A stretch of DNA of 64,000 nucleotides, from positions 128,001 through 192,000 of the forward strand of contig CAWGBN010000009.1 of the NCBI GenBank assembly GCA_963820825.1. Direction: 5' to 3'. A program made the translations under genes and the position numbers. Source of the stretch: Vulcanimicrobiota bacterium. Lineage in GTDB: Bacteria; Vulcanimicrobiota; Vulcanimicrobiia; Vulcanimicrobiales; Vulcanimicrobiaceae. How positions within the stretch are numbered: the stretch's first letter is position 1; every line of letters begins with the position of its first letter. Under the pieces are notes generated by a model. The model ran no database searches and was not told where the DNA came from. It saw nothing but the letters and a program-made list of their open reading frames with translations. Below are positions 9,701 to 18,787 of this stretch, in pieces.

Positions 9701-9955
9701 GACACGGTCATCCATTACGATCCGTGGTGGAATCCGGCCGTCGAGCGTCAGGCAACCGATCGCGCCCATCGGATCGGCCAGCAGTGCCCGGTCTTCGTAT
9801 ATAAGCTCATCACCATCGGCACCGTCGAAGAACGAATTCTGGAGTTGCAGCAGCGTAAAGGCGCGCTCGCCGCGGGCATCTTCGACGATGCCGCCGCGAC
9901 TTCGCAGATGTTAGACGAGACGGAGATCGAGCGCCTATTGGCGCCGTCCCTCTAA
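6776..9955 (+). CDS. SWIM zinc finger + SNF2-family helicase
   Basis: CDCP...CKH SWIM motif; LADDMGLGKT, DETQ, LTGTPIEN, SLKAGGTGLNL, QATDRAHRIGQ. Confidence 0.95.
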   Translation: MRFSLDIARASFDSTTFSRGMDYARSGRVVRLDVAAGDDCIAASVRGTSAIPYEVAIDWREGERRLRSVCDCPIGRNCKHGAAAAILAAEGGMRDAADGAVDSWLQAITTRRFEGTVPRREHVLYVLDVRESYYVPRVAVTARIVTLLKHGERSMGRAIDLSNLAQGAGRYATPIDRTIGRLASVCVSTGLGTLNPKLFATLLDLLLATGRVHWHSTKHPPLRRADVSEAKFIWHLDPADGRQRPGIEGRKEARLLPSDPLWYADPEDNTAGTIDLGIAGEMASALALAPSLNAAQARRAHTMWHRIPIAHGIPPPKSDTRLRVVERDPVVRLVLRGFSATAELTFAYGDTIVYPDDVTFEFQETSEQGVAIAWPRRFAFEAVARATLAEYSLQPVAWPRGQFSATERSWVRFLDTAVPVLRDRGWQIEIDSTFPYEVVHIDDAAWDAEIVESANRWFELDIGIDLGEQRISLLPVVVDALQTLGVHSAEELAAELSGERARTLYGRLPNGAFAALPPERIERIVSTLVELFDTPLTKEGRLELTPAHVGSIDGLAAAVQLQWSPATRLLRAALNELVSAENEPIVLPSTFKGELRAYQARGVAWLQLLRRSGFGGVLADDMGLGKTVQFLAHLAIEKAHGRLCAPVLIVAPTSVLPNWRAEIARFVPHLRVVSLSGNDRAERFDRIEDNDVALTSYALLHRDADRLTEREWQMVVLDETQFVKNPRSKGAQAAAHLRAAQRLALTGTPIENHLDELWSIFSFAVPGLLGDRTQFARLFRTPIEKRGDTQRRALLAARLRPFLMRRTKEDVALDLPEKTEIVTRVELDGAQRDLYETIRLAMHERVRAEMQRRGLARSRIVVLDALLKLRQVCCDPRLVKLPAARNVFDSSKLETLLEMLPELIDEGRRVLLFSQFTSMLDLIKPELAARAIDYVEIRGETKNRETPVRRFQSREVPLFLISLKAGGTGLNLTAADTVIHYDPWWNPAVERQATDRAHRIGQQCPVFVYKLITIGTVEERILELQQRKGALAAGIFDDAAATSQMLDETEIERLLAPSL

Positions 9956-10077
9956 TCGTTCGCCGTCAGGCCTTACATACGGACTTCGATTCCCACCTTC
10001 GCAAGGCGACAGGGCGGCGATCCGAGTTTCGTGCGTAAATCGCATTAGCGGAGATGTATCGGTATGGCATTAGTGAA

Positions 10078-10117
10078 TTTTTAAGACCGACGCATTCAAC
10101 CGCTCTGCCACCTCTCC
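10078..10117 (-). repeat. 5' half of tRNA-Ser, degenerate copy 3
   Basis: 38/40 identical to 2292-2331 (mismatches at 10082 and 10090); shares flanking ACGT with copy 2. Confidence 0.9.
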
Positions 10118-10127
10118 ACGTATTTGG

Positions 10128-10610
10128 TCACGAGCTCCAGGCCGACGCCACGCCCGTGAAGACCCAACTGCTCTGCGTTTTCTCCAGCGTAACCGTCATG
10201 CTACCTTTGTAGGCAACCTTCTTGCCGTTCGGGGCGTCGGTGAACGTGACCGGATAGATTAAATATGCGTAGTTTCCCTGCACTAACGTAAAGAGGGGTC
10301 TCCCGACCGAAAGAGTCCCCAGGGTTGCGTGAATAGCCTCGTTATTCGACTGATACCCTTTCATCCAGTCGGCGCACGTTTGCCACGCATAGGGCGGGAA
10401 ACCATCGACGATGGACGCGCGCGGCGCACACGCAGCAGCAACCGCCTTAAAGTCGCCCTTGTTGATGTCGGTAACCAACTTTTTGACAATGGAAGTCAAG
10501 TCCGACGTCCCAGACGCCAACACAGGGCTGGCCGACAGGATGGCGACTCCACAACTGGCGGCAATAATTAGGTCGCGAATACGTTTTGCTACGCAGTTCA
10601 TGGCTTTCAT
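10128..10610 (-). CDS. Secreted SnoaL/NTF2-like protein
   Basis: Signal peptide; DINKGD, SIVDGFPPYAW, terminal beta strands ending ...WVFTG. Confidence 0.65.
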   Translation of the reverse strand: MKAMNCVAKRIRDLIIAASCGVAILSASPVLASGTSDLTSIVKKLVTDINKGDFKAVAAACAPRASIVDGFPPYAWQTCADWMKGYQSNNEAIHATLGTLSVGRPLFTLVQGNYAYLIYPVTFTDAPNGKKVAYKGSMTVTLEKTQSSWVFTGVASAWSS

Positions 10611-10662
10611 CTCTCCACACTAGTGCGGTTTTTCGGGCCATAGACCCTTTCGACGACGGCCT

Positions 10663-12633
10663 TCACTGAGCGAGTACGTCGCCAACGGCGCGATAGGCCT
10701 GATCGATTGCTTGGTCAGTGTACGCTGCCGCGGCCGCGTCGGAGTTTGCAATGGCGATGCGGCCAAACCGCCGGCGCGCGGTCTCGCACGGTGTAACCCC
10801 GCCGTTGAAGAACGAGTCGGGGTCCCAGAGCGGATTATATTCGTAGGCGTATCCGTGCGCCCATCGGTTGACCGTTATCGCGGCGATGTCGCGGTCGCTG
10901 CGGAATCCTCCGGCACCGAGTACGCGCTGGAGCTGGTCGCGAATGCTGCGCTCGAACGTTTCGAACGACTCGGTCAGGAGCTCCGCACGACCGGCCCGGT
11001 GCTGATCGCGTTCCGATAGTCCCGGATAGCATGGCGTGCGCTCGAGACGCAGCAGAATCGGTTCGTCGGGCGAGTTGGGCGACCGGTACGATCCGATCTC
11101 TACCGGATTGTCGAGACGGATCGAGTTGTGGAACATCGCGGGCGTTGAAACCGCCGAAACGCCTAGCTCCTTGAAGACGCGCCAGTTGCGAACCGCAACC
11201 ACGGTGTACATCAGCGGAACCTTCGCGCCGTAACGCAGTGCCGTCTTCTGCTCGTCCGGTAGCTCCGGGACGATGTAGGGGATCATCATGTTCCACGACG
11301 CCATTACGACGTGTCTCGAGGTGATCGTATACACCTTACCTGCCCTCGCATACCAGGTCTGCACGCGAGCTGCGGTCTCGAGATCGCCCACATGCCGCAC
11401 GCGCACGACCGTGCTGCTCAGGCGAATGCGCACGACAGATCCTGGATCGTCGAGCCGCCGGTAATCGGCGCGCGCGGTCACGATATCCTGAGGCGTCGAG
11501 CCGGAAAGCACGCCGGGAATCATTCTGCGAACGAGCATCCGCGCGATCGATGCATTGCCGTCGGGAAAGTGAAAGTCGTAGGGCGGCTGATTGGGAATTG
11601 CACTGCCTTTTGCGGTAAAGCCCATGCGCGGATAGGCTCCCGGAGAGAGATGCATTCCCGCAAATCCGGGAAAGCCGAGTCCCCAGCAATCGAGCGCGCT
11701 CACCGCGTCGATGCCGGTTCCGAACAAGCCCCACGTTCGCGTCTTATAAAAAGGAACGAGTTCGGGCGTCACCGCGATGACGTCGCGCAAGAACGTTTCG
11801 TAGCTCATCCGCGACAGCCGATCTTTCTTGGCATCGTCGGTGAGGCCGGGCATGTAGTCAACGGCGGCAGTTTCGACGCGAACGAGATCCTTCTGCGCGG
11901 TCGGCGACAGCGGCGTCCGGACAGCAAAGGTTTCCCAAGACTTGCCGTTGGGCGACTCATCGCCGTAGCGTCCGGGATATCCCGTAACGAGCGCATCGGT
12001 TCCAAACGTTTCCCGATCGAAGAACACCGCCTCGCCCAGTCCCTTATAGTATTGCCACCGGTCGTAGTTTTCGGCGAAAGCCGGCGGATCGATGCCGAGC
12101 TCGTCGAGGAGACCGCGCGCGACCCTGCTGTACGGAAACGGCGATTCGATCGCGTACGTGCCGCCGTTGGCGAGCAACGTGCGACCGTCGACGTGGAACT
12201 CATTGCGTTTTGCGTGTCCGCCGAAGTCGTCGTGGTTGTCGAGAATTAAGATTCGAGCCGACGGCTCGTGCTGCAGGTAGAAGTGCGCCGCTGCAAGACC
12301 GCTCAATCCGGCTCCGACGATCACGAGATCGTACGTTTCGCCGGTCTCGTGCGCCGGCGCCGAATGATTCCAGAAGTCTCCGTCGCGAAGCTCGTGCGCG
12401 GTTGCAAACGATCCCGGATAATCGCCGCGCATTCCGGCCAGCTCGGGCGGATAGTAACCGGGGGCATTCTGTGCCTCGGATGCGGCGGCGCTCGCCGGAC
12501 ATCCAAAGAGGCTTCCCGTAACGACCGCACCGATACCAATGGCGATACCGTCGAGAAAATCCCGCCGCGGTATGTCGGCGAACATGCCGAGTTCGGCGTC
12601 CCGCCGCCGGCCGGCAGGATTTGGATCGGACAT
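10663..12633 (-). CDS. Tat-exported FAD oxidoreductase, spermidine dehydrogenase (SpdH)-like
   Basis: RRDFLDG Tat motif; YYPP...GMRG, GAGLSG, DNHDDFGGHAKRNEF, VNRWAHGYAY, AIANSDA. Confidence 0.85.
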   Translation of the reverse strand: MSDPNPAGRRRDAELGMFADIPRRDFLDGIAIGIGAVVTGSLFGCPASAAASEAQNAPGYYPPELAGMRGDYPGSFATAHELRDGDFWNHSAPAHETGETYDLVIVGAGLSGLAAAHFYLQHEPSARILILDNHDDFGGHAKRNEFHVDGRTLLANGGTYAIESPFPYSRVARGLLDELGIDPPAFAENYDRWQYYKGLGEAVFFDRETFGTDALVTGYPGRYGDESPNGKSWETFAVRTPLSPTAQKDLVRVETAAVDYMPGLTDDAKKDRLSRMSYETFLRDVIAVTPELVPFYKTRTWGLFGTGIDAVSALDCWGLGFPGFAGMHLSPGAYPRMGFTAKGSAIPNQPPYDFHFPDGNASIARMLVRRMIPGVLSGSTPQDIVTARADYRRLDDPGSVVRIRLSSTVVRVRHVGDLETAARVQTWYARAGKVYTITSRHVVMASWNMMIPYIVPELPDEQKTALRYGAKVPLMYTVVAVRNWRVFKELGVSAVSTPAMFHNSIRLDNPVEIGSYRSPNSPDEPILLRLERTPCYPGLSERDQHRAGRAELLTESFETFERSIRDQLQRVLGAGGFRSDRDIAAITVNRWAHGYAYEYNPLWDPDSFFNGGVTPCETARRRFGRIAIANSDAAAAAYTDQAIDQAYRAVGDVLAQ

Positions 12634-15600
12634 CAGATTTTGAACTGGGCGGTAACGAAGACGTTCGTCGGTACTTTCGTCCCGGTAAAACCGTTGACCA
12701 ACGGATTGTACTGATAGTTATACGGATAGCGGAGTTGCACCGGTGCCGACACTAGCGCAGCGAAGTTCCCGACCGGCGCGATCGAATAGGCGAGCGTATC
12801 GAAGATGCACACATTCGAATCGTCCCACGGGTAGCCGTGCTGGAAGCACCGATCGACCAATCCCGTCGCAGTAACGGAGACCGTTACCGCCGGCGAAATG
12901 TCGTAGCCGGCCGAAAGATTGACGGTCAGGCGCCCCGGCTCTCTGAAACTCGTGACCGAATCGAAGGCGCCGGTGTACAGGTCGGGGGTGAACAGATAGG
13001 CGACGGTGTTCGGCGGCGGCGTACAGGCCTGCGGATTGACCGGGCCGCGGGTCCCGCTCCCGTGAACCGGCAGGCAGTCTTGCGGAACGTATCCGGGCCA
13101 GCTCAGTGGCGACCCGTACGTCTTCCCGTAGCCGTACGCGACCGTCGGCGTAACGTGAAGTCTGTCGTGTTTGTAGCCAAGGACCAGATTGAACACATTC
13201 GGGGTCACCTGACCGGTCGCGCCGGTAAATGGGGCGGCGAGCTCCGCGTACGTCGGATACCACGCATTCGCGTCGAGCAGGGGCTGCGCGCTCGCCGAAT
13301 AGTACGGATTGAGGACCCTCGTCTTTGGCGCCTCATTGCTGGGAAGCGTGGGATGCGCATTGGCCGATCCGTACGCGCCGCAAAGCGCACGATTTCCCGC
13401 AATGCAGCTGTGTGTATACGAGTTATACTGCTGGATGAAGGAGTTGAGCGTGTCGATAAAGTTGACGCCGGGCGTGATGTCGTCGTACCGGCTCCGGCTG
13501 TTCGTGTAGGTGTACGAAAGTTCGAACGAGAGGCCGTTGTTGGAGAAATCTCCTTTGCTAAGCGCGAGTTCGACACCGTACGCCTTGATCAATCCTCCGT
13601 TGACGCCGGTCGTGTCGCCGTTGTAGCCGATCGGTACGAACTCGATCTCGTCGAAATCTTCCCGATAGAAGGGCGTGATACGGAACGCAACGTCGGTGCC
13701 GTGTACGTGCTTCTCCAACGACAGGTCGTAGCTGTTCGCGACTTGGGGACTTACCGCGTGGTACGGTGTATTGAAACCGAAGGGCAAGAACTGCGAGAGA
13801 AAGTCGGGGAGATCTTCCTGTCGCGCGTAGACCTCCAAGTTGGTCCCGGGACTGCTGGCGTATCGGCCGTAGGAGAGTCGCATCACCGTGTCCGGATTGA
13901 ACGTGTACGTCAGCCCGAGGCGCGGTTCGAGTTCGCTGTAGCTGACGTATCCGGGCACGACGTTCTGCAGGTTCGGCGACGAAAACCCGGTCGGGCAGGC
14001 CGGCCAGGCTCCCGTCACCGGGTTTATCTGCGAAGGGTTCTTGTATGTGAAGGCGCCTCCGGGAGCCGTGCAATACTCGCGGTTAAATGCCGCAAACCAG
14101 AAGTTGCGCGCCGCCGTCGTCGTCGTCGAGGGCAGTGAAAAGTCGAACTGGTCCAAGCGCAGTCCGATATTTGCGACCAAACGATCGTTGGGGCGATATT
14201 GATCGGCGATCGAGTAGCCGTAGTCCGTTTCGGTGACGTTGTTGGTGTTGCCGGTGAGTCCGGTCTCGGTCATCGCCCAGTGCGCGCCGTGGAGGGCCGC
14301 AGGGCTCCTCGGCGGCAACGGCACGTTCGAGCACCGACCCGAAGCGTTGAGCGTACAGCCCGCAGGCCCCAGCTGCGGCCTGCTGCCGAATTGCGTCACG
14401 ACGTTGTACGAGCATCCAAGGTTGCTGGAGAAAGCGGAGCCGTAGTAACCAGAGTTGCACGGGGAGCCGGAATCGTAGCAGCTATCGTATGCGCCCGTAA
14501 CGTAATTATAGCAGTTCCCTCTCGCGTCGATAAAATTGTCGGAGATGAAGCCCGCCATGGCCTCGTTGTCGAGCAAGCTATTCTCCGTGCGCGACACGCT
14601 CGCCGTCGCCGTCACCAGATGTTGGGACGAGAGCTGATCCTCGTAGCGTCCGGTAAGGCCGTACGTGTGCGTGAAGGTGATGTACTCGGCGGGAGTCGGC
14701 CCGTACGGGAGATTTCCGCTATCGGCGCCGGTGTAACCGAGATACGAGTAGTTGGCATATCCGTAGATCCGAACGAACGACCGGTCGTCGATGGTGTGCT
14801 GATACTGCACCTTGTCGAGTGATACTTCGTTGTCGCTATTGTCGCGATAGGCTGGTGGCAGCGGTGCTTGCCAGGCGCGATTGGTCGGCGTATTGGGCAT
14901 GAAGTACTTCGAGAGGAGGGTGGACGGCGTGGCCGGCGCCATCAACGGCTGGTTATAGACGTAATCGTCGGGAAAGACCGGATAGTAGCCGAGCTCTTTC
15001 GTCAAGAGCGCCGCGCCCCCAAGATCGTTGACCGAAGTCGGATTGTATGCCGGCAGATACCCCGACATCGCGAGTAACTGGACGTCGTCTCGATACGGGC
15101 CGTTGCGGTGTGGAATTGCAAAGTGAAGATTCACGATGCCTTCGCGATCGAAGACCGTCACTTGCTGGGGCGTGATACCGCTGGTGAAATATGCCTTTCC
15201 GCTCCCGTCGAAGACCGTTTCGTTGTTTCCGGTGGGCAGTACGATCGGCGTCCAGAAACGCGCGACATCCGAAGCGCCGTCGTATTGATCGACGAAGCGG
15301 TTGTCTTGGCCGAAGCCCATGACGCCCAGGTAATAGGAGAAGGTTCGATCGGGCGTCGCGCCGCCCGCTTCGAACGCAGCCTTGTGATAAAACGCCGGTG
15401 CGCCCACGCTGAACTCAGCCGTCGCGTACCCCGGAATCGTTCCGGTCTTGATCACTTGATTGATGTATCCCGACGTGCCGGCTGCGTCGGCCGAGGCCGG
15501 CGACCCGCCGGCATAGAGTTGTAATTGCCGTTGACCCAGCACCGAGAAGAACGACCCGGTGATCGGGACACCATCCATCTCTTCGGAAACGTCGCCGGAG

Positions 15601-16175
15601 CCGCGCACCAGGTACATTTGGGCCCACCCCTGTTGACCTTGCTGATAGTCGACGCCCGGTAGCGCGGCGAGCGCGCCGTACGCCTGATTCAACGACGATG
15701 CGCCGCCGATCGTCGATGCCGCCGCGCTCTGAGCCGCATTAACGGAATAGACGTCTTGCGTGTCACCCGGGCGGACGAGGCTTCCTGCACTTCGGCTCAG
15801 GGTGCGAACGATCGTCTTGAGCGTTGCGTTCATTTCGACGTTTACGACGGCCACGTTGTCGGCCGAGACGATCACGCCGTTAACCGACGCAGGATCGTAG
15901 CCGCTGCGCTTCGCCGTCAGGACGTACGTGTCCGGACTCAGCGAAATAAAGAGGAAGTCGCCGCGCACGTCGGTTGTTGCCGTCGCCGCTCCCGACGGCG
16001 CCGTAACGCTGACCGTAACGCCGGAAAGCGGCGCTTTTGTCGCGCGGTCGTCCACGTGGCCGCGAATGGTCCCGGTCGTGCCCGCCGTGGCGGAAGAAAA
16101 GGAGGCGGTCCAAAAGAGAACGAGGACGAGTATGCCGGGGATAATCCGCTGCTCATAACGCCCGTGCACGCGCAC
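12633..16175 (-). CDS. TonB-dependent receptor-like outer-membrane protein
   Basis: Signal peptide, N-terminal carboxypeptidase-regulatory-like domain, plug-like ALPGV...VRG...MDGVPI, PRLGLTY, LSYTYT, C-terminal FVTAQFKI; stop overlaps the next start. Confidence 0.85.
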   Translation of the reverse strand: MRVHGRYEQRIIPGILVLVLFWTASFSSATAGTTGTIRGHVDDRATKAPLSGVTVSVTAPSGAATATTDVRGDFLFISLSPDTYVLTAKRSGYDPASVNGVIVSADNVAVVNVEMNATLKTIVRTLSRSAGSLVRPGDTQDVYSVNAAQSAAASTIGGASSLNQAYGALAALPGVDYQQGQQGWAQMYLVRGSGDVSEEMDGVPITGSFFSVLGQRQLQLYAGGSPASADAAGTSGYINQVIKTGTIPGYATAEFSVGAPAFYHKAAFEAGGATPDRTFSYYLGVMGFGQDNRFVDQYDGASDVARFWTPIVLPTGNNETVFDGSGKAYFTSGITPQQVTVFDREGIVNLHFAIPHRNGPYRDDVQLLAMSGYLPAYNPTSVNDLGGAALLTKELGYYPVFPDDYVYNQPLMAPATPSTLLSKYFMPNTPTNRAWQAPLPPAYRDNSDNEVSLDKVQYQHTIDDRSFVRIYGYANYSYLGYTGADSGNLPYGPTPAEYITFTHTYGLTGRYEDQLSSQHLVTATASVSRTENSLLDNEAMAGFISDNFIDARGNCYNYVTGAYDSCYDSGSPCNSGYYGSAFSSNLGCSYNVVTQFGSRPQLGPAGCTLNASGRCSNVPLPPRSPAALHGAHWAMTETGLTGNTNNVTETDYGYSIADQYRPNDRLVANIGLRLDQFDFSLPSTTTTAARNFWFAAFNREYCTAPGGAFTYKNPSQINPVTGAWPACPTGFSSPNLQNVVPGYVSYSELEPRLGLTYTFNPDTVMRLSYGRYASSPGTNLEVYARQEDLPDFLSQFLPFGFNTPYHAVSPQVANSYDLSLEKHVHGTDVAFRITPFYREDFDEIEFVPIGYNGDTTGVNGGLIKAYGVELALSKGDFSNNGLSFELSYTYTNSRSRYDDITPGVNFIDTLNSFIQQYNSYTHSCIAGNRALCGAYGSANAHPTLPSNEAPKTRVLNPYYSASAQPLLDANAWYPTYAELAAPFTGATGQVTPNVFNLVLGYKHDRLHVTPTVAYGYGKTYGSPLSWPGYVPQDCLPVHGSGTRGPVNPQACTPPPNTVAYLFTPDLYTGAFDSVTSFREPGRLTVNLSAGYDISPAVTVSVTATGLVDRCFQHGYPWDDSNVCIFDTLAYSIAPVGNFAALVSAPVQLRYPYNYQYNPLVNGFTGTKVPTNVFVTAQFKI

Positions 16176-16309
16176 CCTACCTTCGCAGTTACTCGTGGGT
16201 TAGCCGGGTAATACTTGCGGCTTGCTTGGCGTTCCTCGCCACCATGATCGCGACAAAGCATGGCGAAGGGGGGCGCGGCGCTCGGCGGTCCGCGCCGCCA
16301 GACGGCAGT

Positions 16310-16338
16310 TTGACCAACGCGCAGAAATCCGCTAGACT
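16310..16338 (+). promoter_or_regulatory. sigma70-type promoter
   Basis: TTGACC-17 nt-TAGACT, followed by an AT-rich TTAATTAA palindrome. Confidence 0.55.
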
Positions 16339-16371
16339 CTCAACAACTAATTAATTAAGAGAGGGTCGGTT

Positions 16372-17994
16372 GTGGTGGCTGCCCGGGTCGTTGCACTGCT
16401 CGCCGTTATCGCGCTGCTCCCAGGGGCGGCCCCACCGCCCCGAGACCGATTGAACAACGGCATTTGGGCCGGGTTTCTGCACCTTGGCGGCTCGGCGACT
16501 TACGTCACGGTCGCGTTTCCCGATGCGGCCGCCGCCGACGACCCACAAGGCGACCTCTACTTTCCGAAGCGATCCGAGGTCGGCTCGCCCCTCTCGGCGG
16601 TTTCCCGCAAGGGTCGTACCATCGCATTTCAAGCTCGGTACGGCGCCCTGACCTACCGCTTCGCGGGTGCGATCGAGGGGGATGCGATCCGCGGTTCGCT
16701 TCGCGCAGAACCACACGCAGTGGGAACTTTCGACCTTCATCATTTGATCCGGCTCGATGCATCGCTGTTGGAGCCGTTCGTCGGCACCTATCGCGCGCCG
16801 GATCGCGATGTAATGGTGGCGCGCCCGTACACGTATGACATGTTCCTCGATACGAAGACTGGGCGAATGGGATTCCTCTGGCCGTCGGGTCCCGACACGT
16901 TCGTAACCGGTCCCTCCAAAGGAATCCACTTCCCGTTCGTTGCGACATTCCGGTTCACGCGCAACGCCAGTGGCGCAGTCCGCGCCGTCGACGTGGCGTT
17001 TGCAAGGGGTGCCGCCATCCACGCTACCCGCGTACCGTCGTTTCGGTCGCGTCCGCTCGATTTCGCAAACGGGGCAGCGACTCTGCGCGGCACGCTTTTC
17101 GTGCCCGATGCCAACCCGCCGTTTCCGGCCGTAATGCTGTTGGCCGGATCCAACTATCAAACGCGCTCCGGACAGAATGCTTTTCTCTCCTGGGTGGGCG
17201 ACGTGTTCTTGAAGCACGGCTTTGCCGTGTACGCCTACGATAAGCGCGGTGCAGATTTTTCGACCGGCGAGCGCAGCGACGGCTTCGTCGTCACCGACGC
17301 GGTGAAAGGGTTCGAAGCGATGGCACGACAGCCGGAAGTGCGCGCGTCGTGCATGGGCATCTGGGGCATTAGCCAGGGCGGTATGGCGGCGCCTCAAGTC
17401 GCGGCAACGACGCCGGATGTCGCATTTATCGCCAATACGTCGGGTGCGATCGTCAACGGCAACCTGCAAGAAATTCAGCGAACGGCATTGGAGATGCGCG
17501 CCGACGGCTTCTCCGAAAGCGAAATTGCCGACGCCGTGCGCCTGCAAACCCTCAAGTTCGACTACGCGATGACCGGCAAAGGTTGGGATGCGTACATCGC
17601 AGCCTACCACGCCTACGAGCATCGCGCATGGTTCCCCGATCCCTATGTCGGGCCGCCGAGCGACCCCAAGAGTCCCGCCTTCGCCTTCTGGGCTCAGGAA
17701 GGCGATAAGTCTCCGGCCGACTACTGGAGAGAGTTTCGCGGTCAGGCGCTCTACGTCGACGGCGAGTTCGAAACGAACGAAGATCGAGCGGCGAACTTCG
17801 AGGCATTCGTGGACGCGATGAAAACTGCTGGAAACACGACCTACGAAACCGACGTCGTGCCGGGCGCGGATCACAGCATGCTGGTCGATCCGCGCGGCGG
17901 CAACGCCATCGACCGCCTCCTCACGAGTTTCGCGATGGGTTATTTCTCAACGCTTGGACGCTGGATCGACACGATTGCGTGCGCCCGGCGCTAG
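16372..17994 (+). CDS. Secreted alpha/beta hydrolase with N-terminal beta domains
   Basis: GTLFVP, YDKRGA, GISQGG nucleophile, GADHSM His; motif-level paralog of the 1-776 gene. Confidence 0.85.
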   Translation: MVAARVVALLAVIALLPGAAPPPRDRLNNGIWAGFLHLGGSATYVTVAFPDAAAADDPQGDLYFPKRSEVGSPLSAVSRKGRTIAFQARYGALTYRFAGAIEGDAIRGSLRAEPHAVGTFDLHHLIRLDASLLEPFVGTYRAPDRDVMVARPYTYDMFLDTKTGRMGFLWPSGPDTFVTGPSKGIHFPFVATFRFTRNASGAVRAVDVAFARGAAIHATRVPSFRSRPLDFANGAATLRGTLFVPDANPPFPAVMLLAGSNYQTRSGQNAFLSWVGDVFLKHGFAVYAYDKRGADFSTGERSDGFVVTDAVKGFEAMARQPEVRASCMGIWGISQGGMAAPQVAATTPDVAFIANTSGAIVNGNLQEIQRTALEMRADGFSESEIADAVRLQTLKFDYAMTGKGWDAYIAAYHAYEHRAWFPDPYVGPPSDPKSPAFAFWAQEGDKSPADYWREFRGQALYVDGEFETNEDRAANFEAFVDAMKTAGNTTYETDVVPGADHSMLVDPRGGNAIDRLLTSFAMGYFSTLGRWIDTIACARR

Positions 17995-18086
17995 TCGACG
18001 AGGTTATCGTTGCAGTCTCGATCGCGACCGAGCGAGCAGACCCTCCGCAGTTGACCCTGTCCGGCTAGCGGCAATACGGCAAGCGA

Positions 18087-18446
18087 TCACTTTCCGAAGA
18101 ATCCGGCGCGGATGGCGGCGGGGAGCGCCACCACGAGGCCGGCCGCCATCAGCAGCCAGAATGCAGCGACGATCCAATTGGAATAATTCATCGCAGCTTT
18201 GATCGGTCCGATGCCGCCGTTGCCGAGCGCGACCTGCACGCCCAGCACCACTCTCACCATCAGTGGAATCACCGAGAAGCCGAAGAGCACGAAGAGCGTA
18301 AAGAATACGATCTTTACCGGCGTCTCGAGCGCGGCCGGGTTCTTCACGACGTTGGCCGACTGCAGAGCGTTGCCGACGAAGGCCAACAAGAAAATGATCG
18401 CCAGGAGGCTACCGGATACGATCGCCGGTACGCGCAGCCCACTCGT
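18087..18446 (-). CDS. Small 3-TM membrane protein; start codon uncertain (ACG after RBS)
   Basis: Three hydrophobic stretches; AAGGAG 8 nt before in-frame ACG at 18446. Confidence 0.55.
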   Translation of the reverse strand, partial: TSGLRVPAIVSGSLLAIIFLLAFVGNALQSANVVKNPAALETPVKIVFFTLFVLFGFSVIPLMVRVVLGVQVALGNGGIGPIKAAMNYSNWIVAAFWLLMAAGLVVALPAAIRAGFFGK

Positions 18447-18478
18447 AGTAGCAACTCCTTTCGCCGTTGGTGTGACGG

Positions 18479-18787
18479 CTAGGCGACTACCCTTGTCTCC
18501 GCGACGACTTCAAGAGGAATTACGGAGACCTGACCCGCCGAAACCTGACTCGTACGACCGGTATAGTACTCGAAGTATGCCCGCTCGGCAAGCAGATCCG
18601 CGGCATCCTGATCGACCGCCGTCGCCATGTGATAGTAGTCGTTATCGGGCGTCCTCATCGCTCGATAGGTGATCTTCTCTCGCAGCTCGGGGTCGCTTTC
18701 GAGGCACGCAATAAACATCTCGATGTCGCGATGCCAATCGGCCATGGAGCCTTGGTCGAGGTGATACCGAATTAGGACGTGTTTCAC
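18479..18787 (-). CDS. ABM/dimeric alpha-beta barrel-like small protein
   Basis: GTG start with GAGGA upstream; HVLIRY...ITYRAM...YYHMA. Confidence 0.65.
   Translation of the reverse strand: MKHVLIRYHLDQGSMADWHRDIEMFIACLESDPELREKITYRAMRTPDNDYYHMATAVDQDAADLLAERAYFEYYTGRTSQVSAGQVSVIPLEVVAETRVVA

Noticed and set aside
6776..9955. SNF2 helicase as part of a defence system (DISARM/Zorya/BREX)
   Set aside because: SWIM-SNF2 architecture is the common stand-alone type, with no methylase, nuclease or partner genes nearby.
9985..9997. TTCGATTCCCACC resembling the tRNA T-arm near copy 3
   Set aside because: Opposite strand to the tRNA halves, imperfect, and forms no acceptor stem; not a split tRNA.
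2293..10117. The three 39-40 bp repeats as a CRISPR array
   Set aside because: Spacing is 3.5-4.2 kb, the repeat is tRNA sequence, and there are no cas genes.
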